From positions 416,001 to 480,000 of the forward strand of contig OZ242010.1 in the NCBI GenBank assembly GCA_965204745.1: a stretch of 64,000 nucleotides of DNA. The letters are read 5' to 3'. The notes under the pieces are model-generated. The model was not told the origin of the DNA and did not search any database. It saw nothing but the letters and a program-made list of their open reading frames with translations. Positions 1 through 9,391 of this stretch are shown in pieces. The DNA is from Candidatus Latescibacterota bacterium (GTDB taxonomy: Bacteria; Latescibacterota; UBA2968). Each line of letters begins with the position of its first letter. Position 1 is the first letter of the stretch. Both the position numbers and the translations under genes were made by a program.

Positions 1-21
1 GGGGGTAGGTTCCAATTTCAA

Positions 22-62
22 AAAGTAAAGCCCGAGTTCCCTGTGAACCCGGGCTTTACTTT
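22..62 (-). terminator. Rho-independent terminator after the adhesin/dockerin locus
   Basis: Minus strand AAAGTAAAGCCCGGGTTC-acagg-GAACTCGGGCTTTACTTTT; same stem as 28378-28416. Confidence 0.8.
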
Positions 63-83
63 GTTTTTTGCGTCTTTCGTCGT

Positions 84-284
84 TCAGCCTGTCGAGCCAA
101 AGTCGGCGACGAAGATGAGGAAATCGGAGAATCCAATCTCGCCATCGCCATTGAGATCGCACCGGGGGTCATATCGCTCCTGACCGAGCCGCGATCCGAA
201 CTTATCCGCAAAGGTCAAGAAGTCGGCGAAATTCACATTGCCATCGCCATTGCCATCTGTGGCGGTCAAGGAATAGGCTTTCAT
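84..284 (-). CDS. Orphan EF-hand/dockerin-like C-terminal module, 66 aa (possibly vestigial)
   Basis: DGNGDGNVNFADF...CDLNGDGEIGFSDFLIF, homologous to the C-terminus of 26016-28352; ATGA overlap with the adhesin stop; no signal peptide. Confidence 0.6.
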   Translation of the reverse strand: MKAYSLTATDGNGDGNVNFADFLTFADKFGSRLGQERYDPRCDLNGDGEIGFSDFLIFVADFGSTG

Positions 285-3200
285 TGGAAGTGGGAGTCGG
301 GATAGAGGCTTCGGATGTAGGGTTCAATGGCTTGAGCGGTCGTGCGCGTAGCAGTTGGCTCGATGACGTTCCCTCTGATGAGGGCCTCGTTCCGGAAGAA
401 GAGGACATATCGAATGATCAGGATTATATCCGAGAACAGCCTCACATCGCCATCGCCATCCACATCGAGAATGTTCTGACCGACCAACGTGTCGAGGTAG
501 GGTTCAATTTCTTGAGCGGTCTTGCGCGTGGCAGTTGGCTCGATGACGTTCCCTCTGAGGAGGGCCTCTTCCCGGAAGAAGAGGACGTATCGAATGACCA
601 GGATTATATCCGAGAACAATCTCACCCGGCCATCGCCATCCACATCCAAGTTGGCACTCGGTGTTTCGTCATCGGTCAGGGTCAGGGTCACGGGTGCGGG
701 TGCGGTGATGCCTTGGGCGTTGTTTGCGGTTGCAGACACGCTGACCGTCTTCTCGTCTGCCCGGTCGTCGTTGTCCGCTGCGGTGATCGTCACGGTGCCC
801 GTGCTCGTTGTGGTCGTCGCCGCGATGATCAGGGTGTCTGCACTTGATAGCGTGAAGTCGCTCGCAGTCGCAGGGGACACAGGCGTAGCAGAGACCGTGA
901 TCGTCGTGATCGCGCTCGATGGATGCGATAGGGTCGCCGTGATCGTGGAAACCTCGGCGTTTTCCGAGATGGACGAGGGCATCAGCACCAACGTCACGGT
1001 CGGCGCATCTTCATCGTCGGTCGTCGTCACTGGAACATCCTCGTCCATAAGGGCGTCGTAGTTGGCATCGCCGCTTGATAGGGCGAGTCGCACCGCCCAG
1101 GTGACGTCCCCGTCGTCGATGGTGTCGTCCTGCCCGGTCACGGTCACGGTTTGTGCCGTGTTATAGCTCGCCGGCGCGAAGGTCAGCATCGCAGGCTCAA
1201 CCCGCCCTTCGCTCGGGTCTTGGCTCGTCACAGAAATCGTCACCGCCGCCGAGGGTTGCGTCAGCAGGGCCACCGTGAAGGTCGCCGAGCCGCCGGCCTC
1301 TGTGGCCTGCCCGGTTATCGTGCTGATGTCCAAGCCGAAATCGTTATCGCGGTTGATCATGTACACGCTGACAGGGGAGAGCGCGTCATAGTTGGTGTCC
1401 TGCGTATCCGTCTGGTTCACCGAAAGGGTGACCGTATAGTTCTGGTTGCCATCGACGTTGTTGGCGGGGGCATCGTCCTGTCCGGTCACGGTCACGGTTT
1501 GTGCCGTGTTCCATGTTGTCGATGAGAAGGTCAGCACCGAGGGCGATACAGTACCTTCCGTCGTGTCTGAACTGACCACCGAGAGTGCCACGTTCCCCGT
1601 CGGCTCGGAGGCGAGCGTGACCGTGAAGGTCTCTGCCCTGCCCGACTCTGTCGTGTGGAGCCTGACCGTCGTCGTGGTCATCGCCGACACCTCAATCGCC
1701 GCCTCGTCGTCATCGGTGATCGTCAGCGACGCAGCCTGCACGGTGCCAGCGCCGTGGTCGTTCTCCACAGCGGCGGTCTGCACCATCACCGCGTTGTCTG
1801 ATGCGTCTATGTCGTTGTCCACGGCGGTGAGTGCCACCGTGTCCGTCGCGTTCGCCATTTGCCCGGCCGCGATGGTGATCGTCGAATCCGAACCCACCGT
1901 GTAGGCATTCGCCACCGGGCGCACCGTGATCGTCGTCGCCGCGCTCGATGGGTGTGTCAGCGTCGCGCTCACCGTGCTCACGCCGCCGGCCTCCGAGATG
2001 GACGCGGGCGACAGCATTAGTGTCACGTCCGGCGCGGCGTCATCGTCTGTGATTGTCAAAGCCGTGCCGGTCACACTGCCTGCGCCTTGGTCGTTGTTCG
2101 CCACAACGGACACGGTCACGTCGCGATTAGGCGCATCGGTCGCGTTGTCCACGGCCGTGATCTCTACTGTGTCCGTCGCGTTCGCCGTGCTCCCGGCCGC
2201 GATGGTGATCGTCGAATCCGACCCCACCGTGTAAGCACCCGCCACCGGGCGCACCGTGATTGTCGTGATCGCGCTCGACCGATGCGACAGCGTCGCCGTG
2301 ATCGTCGAAACACCGCCGGTCTCTGCAATCGACGCGGGCGACAGCGTCAGTGCCACATCCGGCGCGGCCTCATCGTCTGTGATCGTCAGGGTCACGGCAG
2401 ACGATAGCGACGCCCCATTGCCACCTGCCACCGTTGCAGACACGGTCACGCGCTTGTCCGGCGCATCGGTCGTGTCGTTCACCGAGGTGATCGTCACGGC
2501 GCCTGTGCTCGTCGTCACATTCGCCGCGAAGGTCAGCGTGGTCGCGGTCGATAGCGTAAAATCGCCCGCAACCGCAGGGGCCACCTCGGTCGCTGAAACC
2601 GTGACCGTCGTCGCCACGGTTGCAACGCGATCTAGCGTCGCCGTGATCGTGGAAATCTGGGCATTCTCCGTAATTGACGCCGGAGTCAAAACCAATGTCA
2701 CCTGCGCCACTTCGTCATCGATAATCGTCAGCGTCGCATCAGTGACCGATCCCGTGCCTATGCTGTTGCCCACCGTGCTCGACACGGTCACCGTCTTGTT
2801 CCCCGAAGATATGCTGTTGTCCACCGTCGTGATCGTCACGGTGCCCGTGCTCGTCGTTGCGCCCGCCGCGACGGTCAGCGTGGCCGGCGTACTCAGCGTG
2901 TAGTCGCCCAGAACCGCAGGCGACACAGCCGACGCTGAAACCGTGATCGTCGTCGCCGCGCTCGACGTGTGAGACAGGGTCGCGGTCACCGTCGAAATCG
3001 CGCCGTTCTCTGAAATCGACGCAGGAGACAAAACCATCGTCACGTCCGGCGCAGCGTCGTCGTCCGTCAGCGTCAAAGCCGCACCGGTCACACTGCCCGC
3101 GCCTTGGGTGTTGCTCATCACACCTGGCACGGTCACGTCGCGATTAGGCGCGTCTTGGGTATTGTTCACCGCTGTGATGACCACCGTGTCCGACGCGTTA

Positions 3201-6200
3201 ATCGTGTCCCCGGCTGCGATGGTGATCGTCGTATCCGAACCCACCGTGTAAGCACCCGTCAATGGGCGCACCGTGATCGTCGTCGCCGCGCTCGATGGAC
3301 GCGATAGCGACGCCGTGACCGTCGAAACCGCGCCGTTCTCCGAAATCGACGCCGGTGACGCCGCCAACGTCGCTGTCGGTGCAGGGTCGTCGTCCTCCAG
3401 CGTCAAAGTCGCACCAGTTACACTGCCCGCGCCTTGGGCGTTGCCCGCCACAACGGACACGGTCACATCGCGATTAGGCTCGTCTTGGGTGTTGTTCACC
3501 GCTGTGATGACCACCGTGTCCGTCGCGTTCGCAGTGCTCCCGGCCGCGATGGTGATCGTCGTATCCGCCCCCACCGTGTAAGCACCCGCCACCGGGCGCA
3601 CCGTGATCGTCGTCGCCGCGCTCAACGGGTGTGCCAGCGTCGCGGTCACGGTGCTCATCCCGCCGCTTTCCGAGATCGACGAGGGCGTCAGTGCCAACGT
3701 CACTCTCGCGGGTTGGAACTGAAATTGCACGGTGGTGTCCATGCCGGCATACTTCAAGGCCGGATACTGATCCATCGCGCCAAAGGTCCACGGATCGTCG
3801 TTGCCGGCTTGTCCGTCGAGGTTGGCGTTCCAGTTGTAGTAGGTGTCGTTGGCGGTGGCACCGTAGGTAGTAGGGCTTAGGAGATCGCTAGTCGTCTTGC
3901 CGACAACGCCGCTACCGCCTGCGCTGCTGGTCTGACCGCTGGTTGAGGTGTCCCAGTGGCTATCGGTCACTGTACCAGCCGAACTGCCCACCAAACCGCC
4001 TTTCGTGCCGGCACCCGTGACCCGTCCTATCGCGTAGCTGGCGGTCACGCTACCGCCGCTCGCGATTTGACCCACCAACCCGCCGCCCACCGCGCTGCTG
4101 TGTCCCGCGAACACAGAGCCCAGCGCGTAAGACGCCACCACCTCGGTCTGATCGGTCAGCCAACCCACCAAACCGCCGGCCAATCCGTCACTCGTCACAG
4201 ATGCAGGAACGCGCACAGAGACGAGCGCGTAGCTGCTCACAATGCGGTTGGTGCCCGAAGTGCGATAAGACCGACCAACCAAACCACCCACACCCCACCG
4301 CGACCCCGAAACGCGACCCGTCACATAACACGACGAGATGGTGCCCCCACCACCTTGATTACCGGCCAGACCACCCACGCGGTCAGCACCGGTCACATTC
4401 ACATTCAACAACCCCAATCCCGAAACATCGCCATCAACCGCATGGAACAATCCTGTATTATGCCGAGACCCCCGGTTGATGAACAGGTGGGAGATCGTCT
4501 TGTTGTTGCCTTTGAACGTGCCGCCGTAAGGCCCCACAGGGTTCCAGCCCGCGCCGCCATTCCAGTAGGTGGCGTCTGCTTGGGTGATCGCGCCGTCGTT
4601 GTTCTCGTCAAAGTCCAAGTTGTTGAGCAGTTCGTAGCCGATGCAACCTGTGGAAGGGCAACCCTTGCTCGCTGACAAGTTCCCGTTGGGAAAGGCGGCG
4701 TTGTAGGTCATGGCATCACTATCGGCGACGACCCCATCGCCATTGAGATCCCAGCGCATGGCATGCAGTTGGGCCAAGGTCGAGACCTCGAGGAGGCCAT
4801 CGCTATCCGTGTCGTAATGCACGGGTTGGGTAGCGAACTGCGCCGTGGTGTCCAGGCCGGCAAACTTCAAGGCCGGATACTGATTCGTCGTGCCAAAGGT
4901 CCAGGGATCATCATTGTTGGCCCCCGAAGCATCTATGGTCAGATCGTCCCAGTTGGCATAGATGCCACTCGCAGACGTGACCGATTGTAAGTCGGCAGTC
5001 AGTTTGCCCTCCGGCGCAACAGTATCGCTATCATCGGCAATGTCGCTTGTTTGCGTGTCCCAGTAGCTATCGGTCACTGTACCTGAGTTTTCCGCCAGCC
5101 CATGCTTGTGCAGGCAGGCCCCCGTTACTGAGCCTGTTGAGTAGCTCGACGCTATCGTCGCACCCGGACCATTGGCACCTACCAACCCGCCGCCAGTGGA
5201 CCACGGCCCCGACTGATTGCACACCACAGACGCCGTGGCGTAACTCGCCACGATGTACGACCCCCTCTGAGCGGCGCCCACCAACCCGCCGACATTGGTG
5301 TTCGCCGTGACCGACCCCGTGACGTAACTCGCCGCGATCCGACCCTTGTTCAGACCCACCAGCGCGCCCACCGTGCCCTGACCCGTATTGATCACCGCGT
5401 TGACTAACCCCAAAGAGCGGATGTGGGTAGTGGTGTCCGTGCTTGCGAAAAATCCCGAAAAGTTGACGTAGCGGTTGATGTACAGGTGGGAGATCGTCTT
5501 GCCGTTGCCCTCAAATGTGGCGGTGTATGGGGAGGTGTTGCTACTGCCGATGGGTGCCCAGCCCGCGCCGCCATTCCAGTAGGTGGTGTCTGCTTGGGTG
5601 ATCGCGCCGTCGTTGTTCTCGTCAAAGTCCAAGTTGTTGAGCAGTTCGTAGCCAGTGCAGGTGCCGGAAGGGCAACCCATCCGGCCGCTACTGCTGGTGT
5701 CGCGGCCGGGAAAGGCGGCGCCATAATCGGCGTGGGTAGCGTCGCCATTGCCGTTGAGGTCGTGGCGAATGGCGTTGAGTTGCGCCAAAGTCGTGATGTC
5801 AATCAGGCCGTCGTTGTCGTCGTCGTAGTCAATCTCAACCACGGAAGGACTGACGTACTTCAGTACCGGGTACTGGCTACTGGTGCCGAAGTTCCACGGA
5901 TCGTCTCTGCCTTGGCTATCGCCGGTGTTGGCATTGCCATCCAAGTCCAGGTTCCAGTTGGCGTAGATGCCGGTATAGCCAGTGGGATTTTGGAGATTAC
6001 TGGTGCTCTGGCCGCTACCTTTGCCGATTGACCCTGTAGCTTTTGAGGAGTCCCAGTAGCTGTCGGACACGCTACCTCCATCTTCGTCCCCGAGTAATCC
6101 GCCGGGATTACCGCTGGTGTTGAGGGTACCTGCGAAGTACGAATTTTTTATAGTGGCATCGCCCCATATCTCGCCTGCCAAACCGCCGATTTCGCTAGCG

Positions 6201-6886
6201 GTGGTGGTGGATGTAACGGATGCATGGGAGTAGCTAGTTGAGATACTTCCTGTGCCAAACTGGCCGACTAATCCAGACAGGTACGATTTGCCCGTTATTG
6301 TGCCGGTGGTGTAGCAGGCGACGATTGTGCCGGAATTCCCGCCTACTAGAATGCCGGATCTTCTTGATCCCGTAACATTGGCGTTGATGATGCCGAGGGT
6401 TTCGACGCGGGAGCCGGATCCAAATCGTTTGAACAGTCCGATATGGTTGGCGGAGCTACGGGCGATGAACAGGTTGTCGATAGTGTGGCTATTGCCCTTG
6501 AAATTGCCCGTGTAGGTACCACCTATGGGTAGCCATCCGGCGCCGCTGTTGTAGTAGGCGTCGCCGGAGTCTGTGCCGATGGTGCCGTCGCCGTCGGTGT
6601 CTAGGTCAATGTTGGCGGTGAGTTCGTAGCCGACGCAGGTAGTGAGGCAACCCATGCCTGTGGCGGCGTTGGGGAATACGGCGTTGTAGTTCGCAGTATC
6701 CGTAGCGGCTACGACCCCATCGCCGTTGAGGTCCCAGCGAATGGCGTTGAGTTGGGCGTGGCCGGACACCTCAATGTAGTCGTCGTTGTCCGTGTCGTAG
6801 TCGACGGTGGTTTGGGCAAAAGCAGACCCCGATGCCACCAGCATGCCCAGCGCGACCAGGGCCAACAAGTGAGCGTAGCGGGACAT
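281..6886 (-). CDS. Giant secreted adhesin-like protein (2201 aa): three GLUG-containing modules, Calx-beta/Ig-like repeats, two C-terminal dockerin-like repeats
   Basis: Signal peptide MSRYAHLLALVALGMLVASGSAFA after SD GAGGAG; three YDxDxDxxIE(V/I)...AQLxAxRxDLNGxG units; VGGLVG motifs; about ten T/V-rich repeats ending LTITDDD/E; duplicated LDVDGDGxVRLFSDIILxIRYV units. In-frame upstream start at 7072. Confidence 0.85.
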   Translation of the reverse strand: MSRYAHLLALVALGMLVASGSAFAQTTVDYDTDNDDYIEVSGHAQLNAIRWDLNGDGVVAATDTANYNAVFPNAATGMGCLTTCVGYELTANIDLDTDGDGTIGTDSGDAYYNSGAGWLPIGGTYTGNFKGNSHTIDNLFIARSSANHIGLFKRFGSGSRVETLGIINANVTGSRRSGILVGGNSGTIVACYTTGTITGKSYLSGLVGQFGTGSISTSYSHASVTSTTTASEIGGLAGEIWGDATIKNSYFAGTLNTSGNPGGLLGDEDGGSVSDSYWDSSKATGSIGKGSGQSTSNLQNPTGYTGIYANWNLDLDGNANTGDSQGRDDPWNFGTSSQYPVLKYVSPSVVEIDYDDDNDGLIDITTLAQLNAIRHDLNGNGDATHADYGAAFPGRDTSSSGRMGCPSGTCTGYELLNNLDFDENNDGAITQADTTYWNGGAGWAPIGSSNTSPYTATFEGNGKTISHLYINRYVNFSGFFASTDTTTHIRSLGLVNAVINTGQGTVGALVGLNKGRIAASYVTGSVTANTNVGGLVGAAQRGSYIVASYATASVVCNQSGPWSTGGGLVGANGPGATIASSYSTGSVTGACLHKHGLAENSGTVTDSYWDTQTSDIADDSDTVAPEGKLTADLQSVTSASGIYANWDDLTIDASGANNDDPWTFGTTNQYPALKFAGLDTTAQFATQPVHYDTDSDGLLEVSTLAQLHAMRWDLNGDGVVADSDAMTYNAAFPNGNLSASKGCPSTGCIGYELLNNLDFDENNDGAITQADATYWNGGAGWNPVGPYGGTFKGNNKTISHLFINRGSRHNTGLFHAVDGDVSGLGLLNVNVTGADRVGGLAGNQGGGGTISSCYVTGRVSGSRWGVGGLVGRSYRTSGTNRIVSSYALVSVRVPASVTSDGLAGGLVGWLTDQTEVVASYALGSVFAGHSSAVGGGLVGQIASGGSVTASYAIGRVTGAGTKGGLVGSSAGTVTDSHWDTSTSGQTSSAGGSGVVGKTTSDLLSPTTYGATANDTYYNWNANLDGQAGNDDPWTFGAMDQYPALKYAGMDTTVQFQFQPARVTLALTPSSISESGGMSTVTATLAHPLSAATTITVRPVAGAYTVGADTTITIAAGSTANATDTVVITAVNNTQDEPNRDVTVSVVAGNAQGAGSVTGATLTLEDDDPAPTATLAASPASISENGAVSTVTASLSRPSSAATTITVRPLTGAYTVGSDTTITIAAGDTINASDTVVITAVNNTQDAPNRDVTVPGVMSNTQGAGSVTGAALTLTDDDAAPDVTMVLSPASISENGAISTVTATLSHTSSAATTITVSASAVSPAVLGDYTLSTPATLTVAAGATTSTGTVTITTVDNSISSGNKTVTVSSTVGNSIGTGSVTDATLTIIDDEVAQVTLVLTPASITENAQISTITATLDRVATVATTVTVSATEVAPAVAGDFTLSTATTLTFAANVTTSTGAVTITSVNDTTDAPDKRVTVSATVAGGNGASLSSAVTLTITDDEAAPDVALTLSPASIAETGGVSTITATLSHRSSAITTITVRPVAGAYTVGSDSTITIAAGSTANATDTVEITAVDNATDAPNRDVTVSVVANNDQGAGSVTGTALTITDDDAAPDVTLMLSPASISEAGGVSTVSATLTHPSSAATTITVRPVANAYTVGSDSTITIAAGQMANATDTVALTAVDNDIDASDNAVMVQTAAVENDHGAGTVQAASLTITDDDEAAIEVSAMTTTTVRLHTTESGRAETFTVTLASEPTGNVALSVVSSDTTEGTVSPSVLTFSSTTWNTAQTVTVTGQDDAPANNVDGNQNYTVTLSVNQTDTQDTNYDALSPVSVYMINRDNDFGLDISTITGQATEAGGSATFTVALLTQPSAAVTISVTSQDPSEGRVEPAMLTFAPASYNTAQTVTVTGQDDTIDDGDVTWAVRLALSSGDANYDALMDEDVPVTTTDDEDAPTVTLVLMPSSISENAEVSTITATLSHPSSAITTITVSATPVSPATASDFTLSSADTLIIAATTTTSTGTVTITAADNDDRADEKTVSVSATANNAQGITAPAPVTLTLTDDETPSANLDVDGDGRVRLFSDIILVIRYVLFFREEALLRGNVIEPTATRKTAQEIEPYLDTLVGQNILDVDGDGDVRLFSDIILIIRYVLFFRNEALIRGNVIEPTATRTTAQAIEPYIRSLYPDSHFQ

Positions 6887-6903
6887 CGTATCAGACTCCT
6901 CTC

Positions 6904-6923
6904 GGGGGGGGGGGGGGGGGGGG
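6904..6923. repeat. G20/C20 homopolymer directly upstream of the adhesin SD
   Basis: 20 consecutive G on the + strand. Confidence 0.95.
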
Positions 6924-7157
6924 TACACTGTACTGATCATCCTAACAGACTGTTTTGCAATGAAATAGAAGCACACGCCAAGACGAGAATGGGCGATATG
7001 AACCCCTCTTTTCGCGGTGGGAACATAGCACCAAATGAGGTTCAAACAGCGGCTGAAAATGGCGGTGATCATTCTGAATCCTCCTTTGCAAAAGCTGTCG
7101 CACAAATTAGGCGCGGCTTTTCCTCCGCGCTCAAAATCGCAATGGTGAATGGGTAAA

Positions 7158-7186
7158 AAATTAAAAATTATGTTATTATTTGTCAA
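7158..7186 (-). promoter_or_regulatory. Sigma70-type promoter for the adhesin leader
   Basis: TTGACA-17 nt-TAATTT in an AT-rich stretch. Confidence 0.55.
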
Positions 7187-7210
7187 GTGGTAAAATGACG
7201 ATGGGAATTG

Positions 7211-7440
7211 GGACCTACCCCCTGGCCCCCTTCCTGCGAGGAAGGGGGAACTGTGAGCGGTTTTGCGAGGGGAATGGCGTAGAGGTTTTTTGGGGTTCAT
7301 AGCGTGATCTATTCGCTCAAAGCCATCAAAACAGCCAGGGATACAAACCTTCAAGAAAGCCATGCGCTCCCCCTTTCCTCGTAGGCACAGGCGTAGCCTA
7401 CAATGAGCGAAGCGAATAACGGGGGCCGGGGGGATAGGGC
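7211..7440. mobile_element. MITE/REP-like element, family A
   Basis: Ends GGACCTACCCCCTGGCCCCCTTCCTGCGAGGAAGGGGG and GGGGGCCGGGGGGATAGG; relatives at 46950-47140, 15628-15718 and 1-10. Confidence 0.7.
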
Positions 7441-7463
7441 TATGGCGGTAGGGCGGTGGGTGG

Positions 7464-7507
7464 TAATCCGCGCAATCCGCGTAATCCGTTTAATCCGCGA
7501 TTCAGAC
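7464..7507 (-). repeat. 9-mer tandem repeat family B (GTCTGAATC head plus GCGGATTAC units)
   Basis: Other copies at 17807, 31703, 31827, 31914, 41892 and 43205. Confidence 0.8.
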
Positions 7508-7559
7508 ACGGTGGGGTGGGGACGGGGACGCACGGGTGGAGAGGCGGCGCGGCGAGGAT

Positions 7560-7620
7560 CGAGGCTTTCTCTGTTTTGCGGCCACGCGCATCGCTCTAAA
7601 ACAAAATGTCAACAGAACCC
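7560..7620 (+). mobile_element. 3' end remnant of an IS5-family (IS427-like) element
   Basis: Translates RGFLCFAATRIALKQNVNRT, like IS5 transposase C-termini; ends in AAATGTCAACAGAACC, matching the ends at 15401 and 47258. Confidence 0.6.
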
Positions 7621-7714
7621 CGTTCATGTCTTTGGATGATGGGTTGCGGCTTGCTTCTTACTCGCTTTCAACTCTTAATTCGCATTGACAACTGACAACT
7701 GACTCAAGAAAAAA

Positions 7715-7743
7715 TTGACAACACGCCTTGAAACGGCTATTTT
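7715..7743 (+). promoter_or_regulatory. Sigma70-type promoter
   Basis: TTGACA-17 nt-TATTTT upstream of 7792. Confidence 0.6.
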
Positions 7744-7791
7744 GCATCCGAGTTTCGTCACATCCCACCCACCACGCGAAAGGAGTTCGAG

Positions 7792-9108
7792 ATGAAGAAA
7801 TGGCTTTGGGTTTTGTTGGGGTTCTGTTTGATCCCCCTTTGGGTTCAGGCAAAACATCACAAGGCAGGAGAGGCGCACAACTGGCCGCATTGGCGAGGGC
7901 CAAATGCGAATGGCCTTGTCGAAGGTAGCAACCCTCCGTTGGAATGGAGCGAGAGCGAGAACATCCGTTGGAAAGTCAAATTGCCGGGCCTGCTCGGGCA
8001 CGCCACGCCCATTGTTTGGGGCGATAAAATTTTTGTGCAAACCGCGGTGAAAACCGACAAAACCGTAGATGCACCCCAAACCGGCAACCGACGACCTCCG
8101 ATGCCAAACGTCCTTCAGTTTAAGGTATTGGCACTCAATCGCAAAACGGGAAATACCGTGTGGGAGAAAACAGTACAGGAAGCCGCGCCACACGAGGGCA
8201 TTCACCAAACCGCTTCGTACGCCTCCACATCGGGCATCACAGACGGCGAACACCTCTACGCCTTTTTCGGCTCATGGGGCATCTACTGCTTCGACTTTGA
8301 TGGCAACCTGAAATGGGGCAAGGACCTGGGCGATCAGAAAATTGCAGGCAGTTTTGGCGAAGGCTCAGCACCCGCGCTGCACGGCAACACCCTGATCATC
8401 AAATGGGATCACCAAGGCGATTCGTTCATCGTCGCCATGGACAAACGCACTGGCGAGGAACTCTGGCGCAAGGATCGGCCCGAAAGAACGACTTGGACCA
8501 CGCCCTTCATCGTGGAGCACGATGGCACGACGCAGGTGATCGTCAGCGCGACCCAAAAAACCCGCAGTTACGACCTCAAAACCGGCGACATCTTGTGGGA
8601 ATGCGGGGGCTTGGGGGCAAACGTCATTCCCATGCCGGTCTATGCCAACGGCATCGTTTACGTCACCAGCGGGCATCGCAATCCGGCGATGCAGGCCATC
8701 TCCCTGGACAAAGCCAAAGGCGACATCACGGGCACAGATGCCGTGTTGTGGTCTATCGCTGACAACACGCCCTACGTGTCTTCGCCCCTGTTGTATGGCG
8801 ACAAAATTTACGCGCTGAAAAAGAGCAACGCCATCTTGTCCTGTTTCAACGCCAAAACCGGCGAGGCATTTTACGGCCCCACGCGACTCGCGGGCATGCG
8901 CCGCGTCTATGCGTCATTGGTCGGCGTGAGTGACCGCGTGTACATCTCTGACGTGGATGGCACGACGCTGGTGATCAAAAACGGCCCGGAATTTGAGGTT
9001 TTGGCAACGAACAAACTGGACGAAGGCACGGGCGCGTCCCCGATTATCGTGGGCGACGAGTTGTACGTGCGCGGTAGCGAACATCTCTATTGCATTGCGG
9101 AGAATTAG
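7792..9108 (+). CDS. Secreted PQQ-binding-like beta-propeller protein
   Basis: Signal peptide, NWPHWRGP start, repeated A(L/M)DxxTGxxxW blades, SD AAGGAG. Confidence 0.85.
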   Translation: MKKWLWVLLGFCLIPLWVQAKHHKAGEAHNWPHWRGPNANGLVEGSNPPLEWSESENIRWKVKLPGLLGHATPIVWGDKIFVQTAVKTDKTVDAPQTGNRRPPMPNVLQFKVLALNRKTGNTVWEKTVQEAAPHEGIHQTASYASTSGITDGEHLYAFFGSWGIYCFDFDGNLKWGKDLGDQKIAGSFGEGSAPALHGNTLIIKWDHQGDSFIVAMDKRTGEELWRKDRPERTTWTTPFIVEHDGTTQVIVSATQKTRSYDLKTGDILWECGGLGANVIPMPVYANGIVYVTSGHRNPAMQAISLDKAKGDITGTDAVLWSIADNTPYVSSPLLYGDKIYALKKSNAILSCFNAKTGEAFYGPTRLAGMRRVYASLVGVSDRVYISDVDGTTLVIKNGPEFEVLATNKLDEGTGASPIIVGDELYVRGSEHLYCIAEN

Positions 9109-9310
9109 TCCGTCCGCCCCGCACAACCCCCTTCGGTAAGACGTGAGACGGGAGAGGCGAGAAGGAAGTTTAGCCACGAGCGGGGTACAACTGGCGATAG
9201 CCAGTTCAAAGGCACGAGCGGGGTACAACTAGCGATAGTCCGTTCAAAGGCGAGCAGTGTGTAGGGGCCTCGCCCAAAGATATGAGAATGAGAAGCGGTC
9301 AGCAATCAGC
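9108..9310 (+). repeat. Composite intergenic repeat (7-mers, GAAGTTTAGC, two 38-mers, GTAG-REP remnant, CAG 7-mers)
   Basis: 38-mer CACGAGCGGGGTACAACTGGCGATAGCCAGTTCAAAGG at 9175-9212 and a variant at 9213-9250. Confidence 0.85.
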
Positions 9311-9391
9311 CCGTCCCTCTAACTCCCTACGAGAAAGATGGGAACATTTCCCCTCCCCGAGACGGGGAGGGGGCCATCGAAAGGTCATATC

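Noticed and set aside
284-6515. Many + strand ORFs opposite the adhesin, and similar shadow ORFs throughout the window
   Set aside because: These are antisense frames of GC-rich, repetitive genes with no independent motifs.
7073-7363. N-terminal extension of the 2360-aa ORF
   Set aside because: It runs through a MITE and the AT-rich promoter; credible starts are 7072 and 6886.
9175-9250. 38-bp palindromic repeats as a CRISPR array (also 63020-63094)
   Set aside because: The units are directly adjacent with no spacers, there are at most two per locus, and no cas genes are present.
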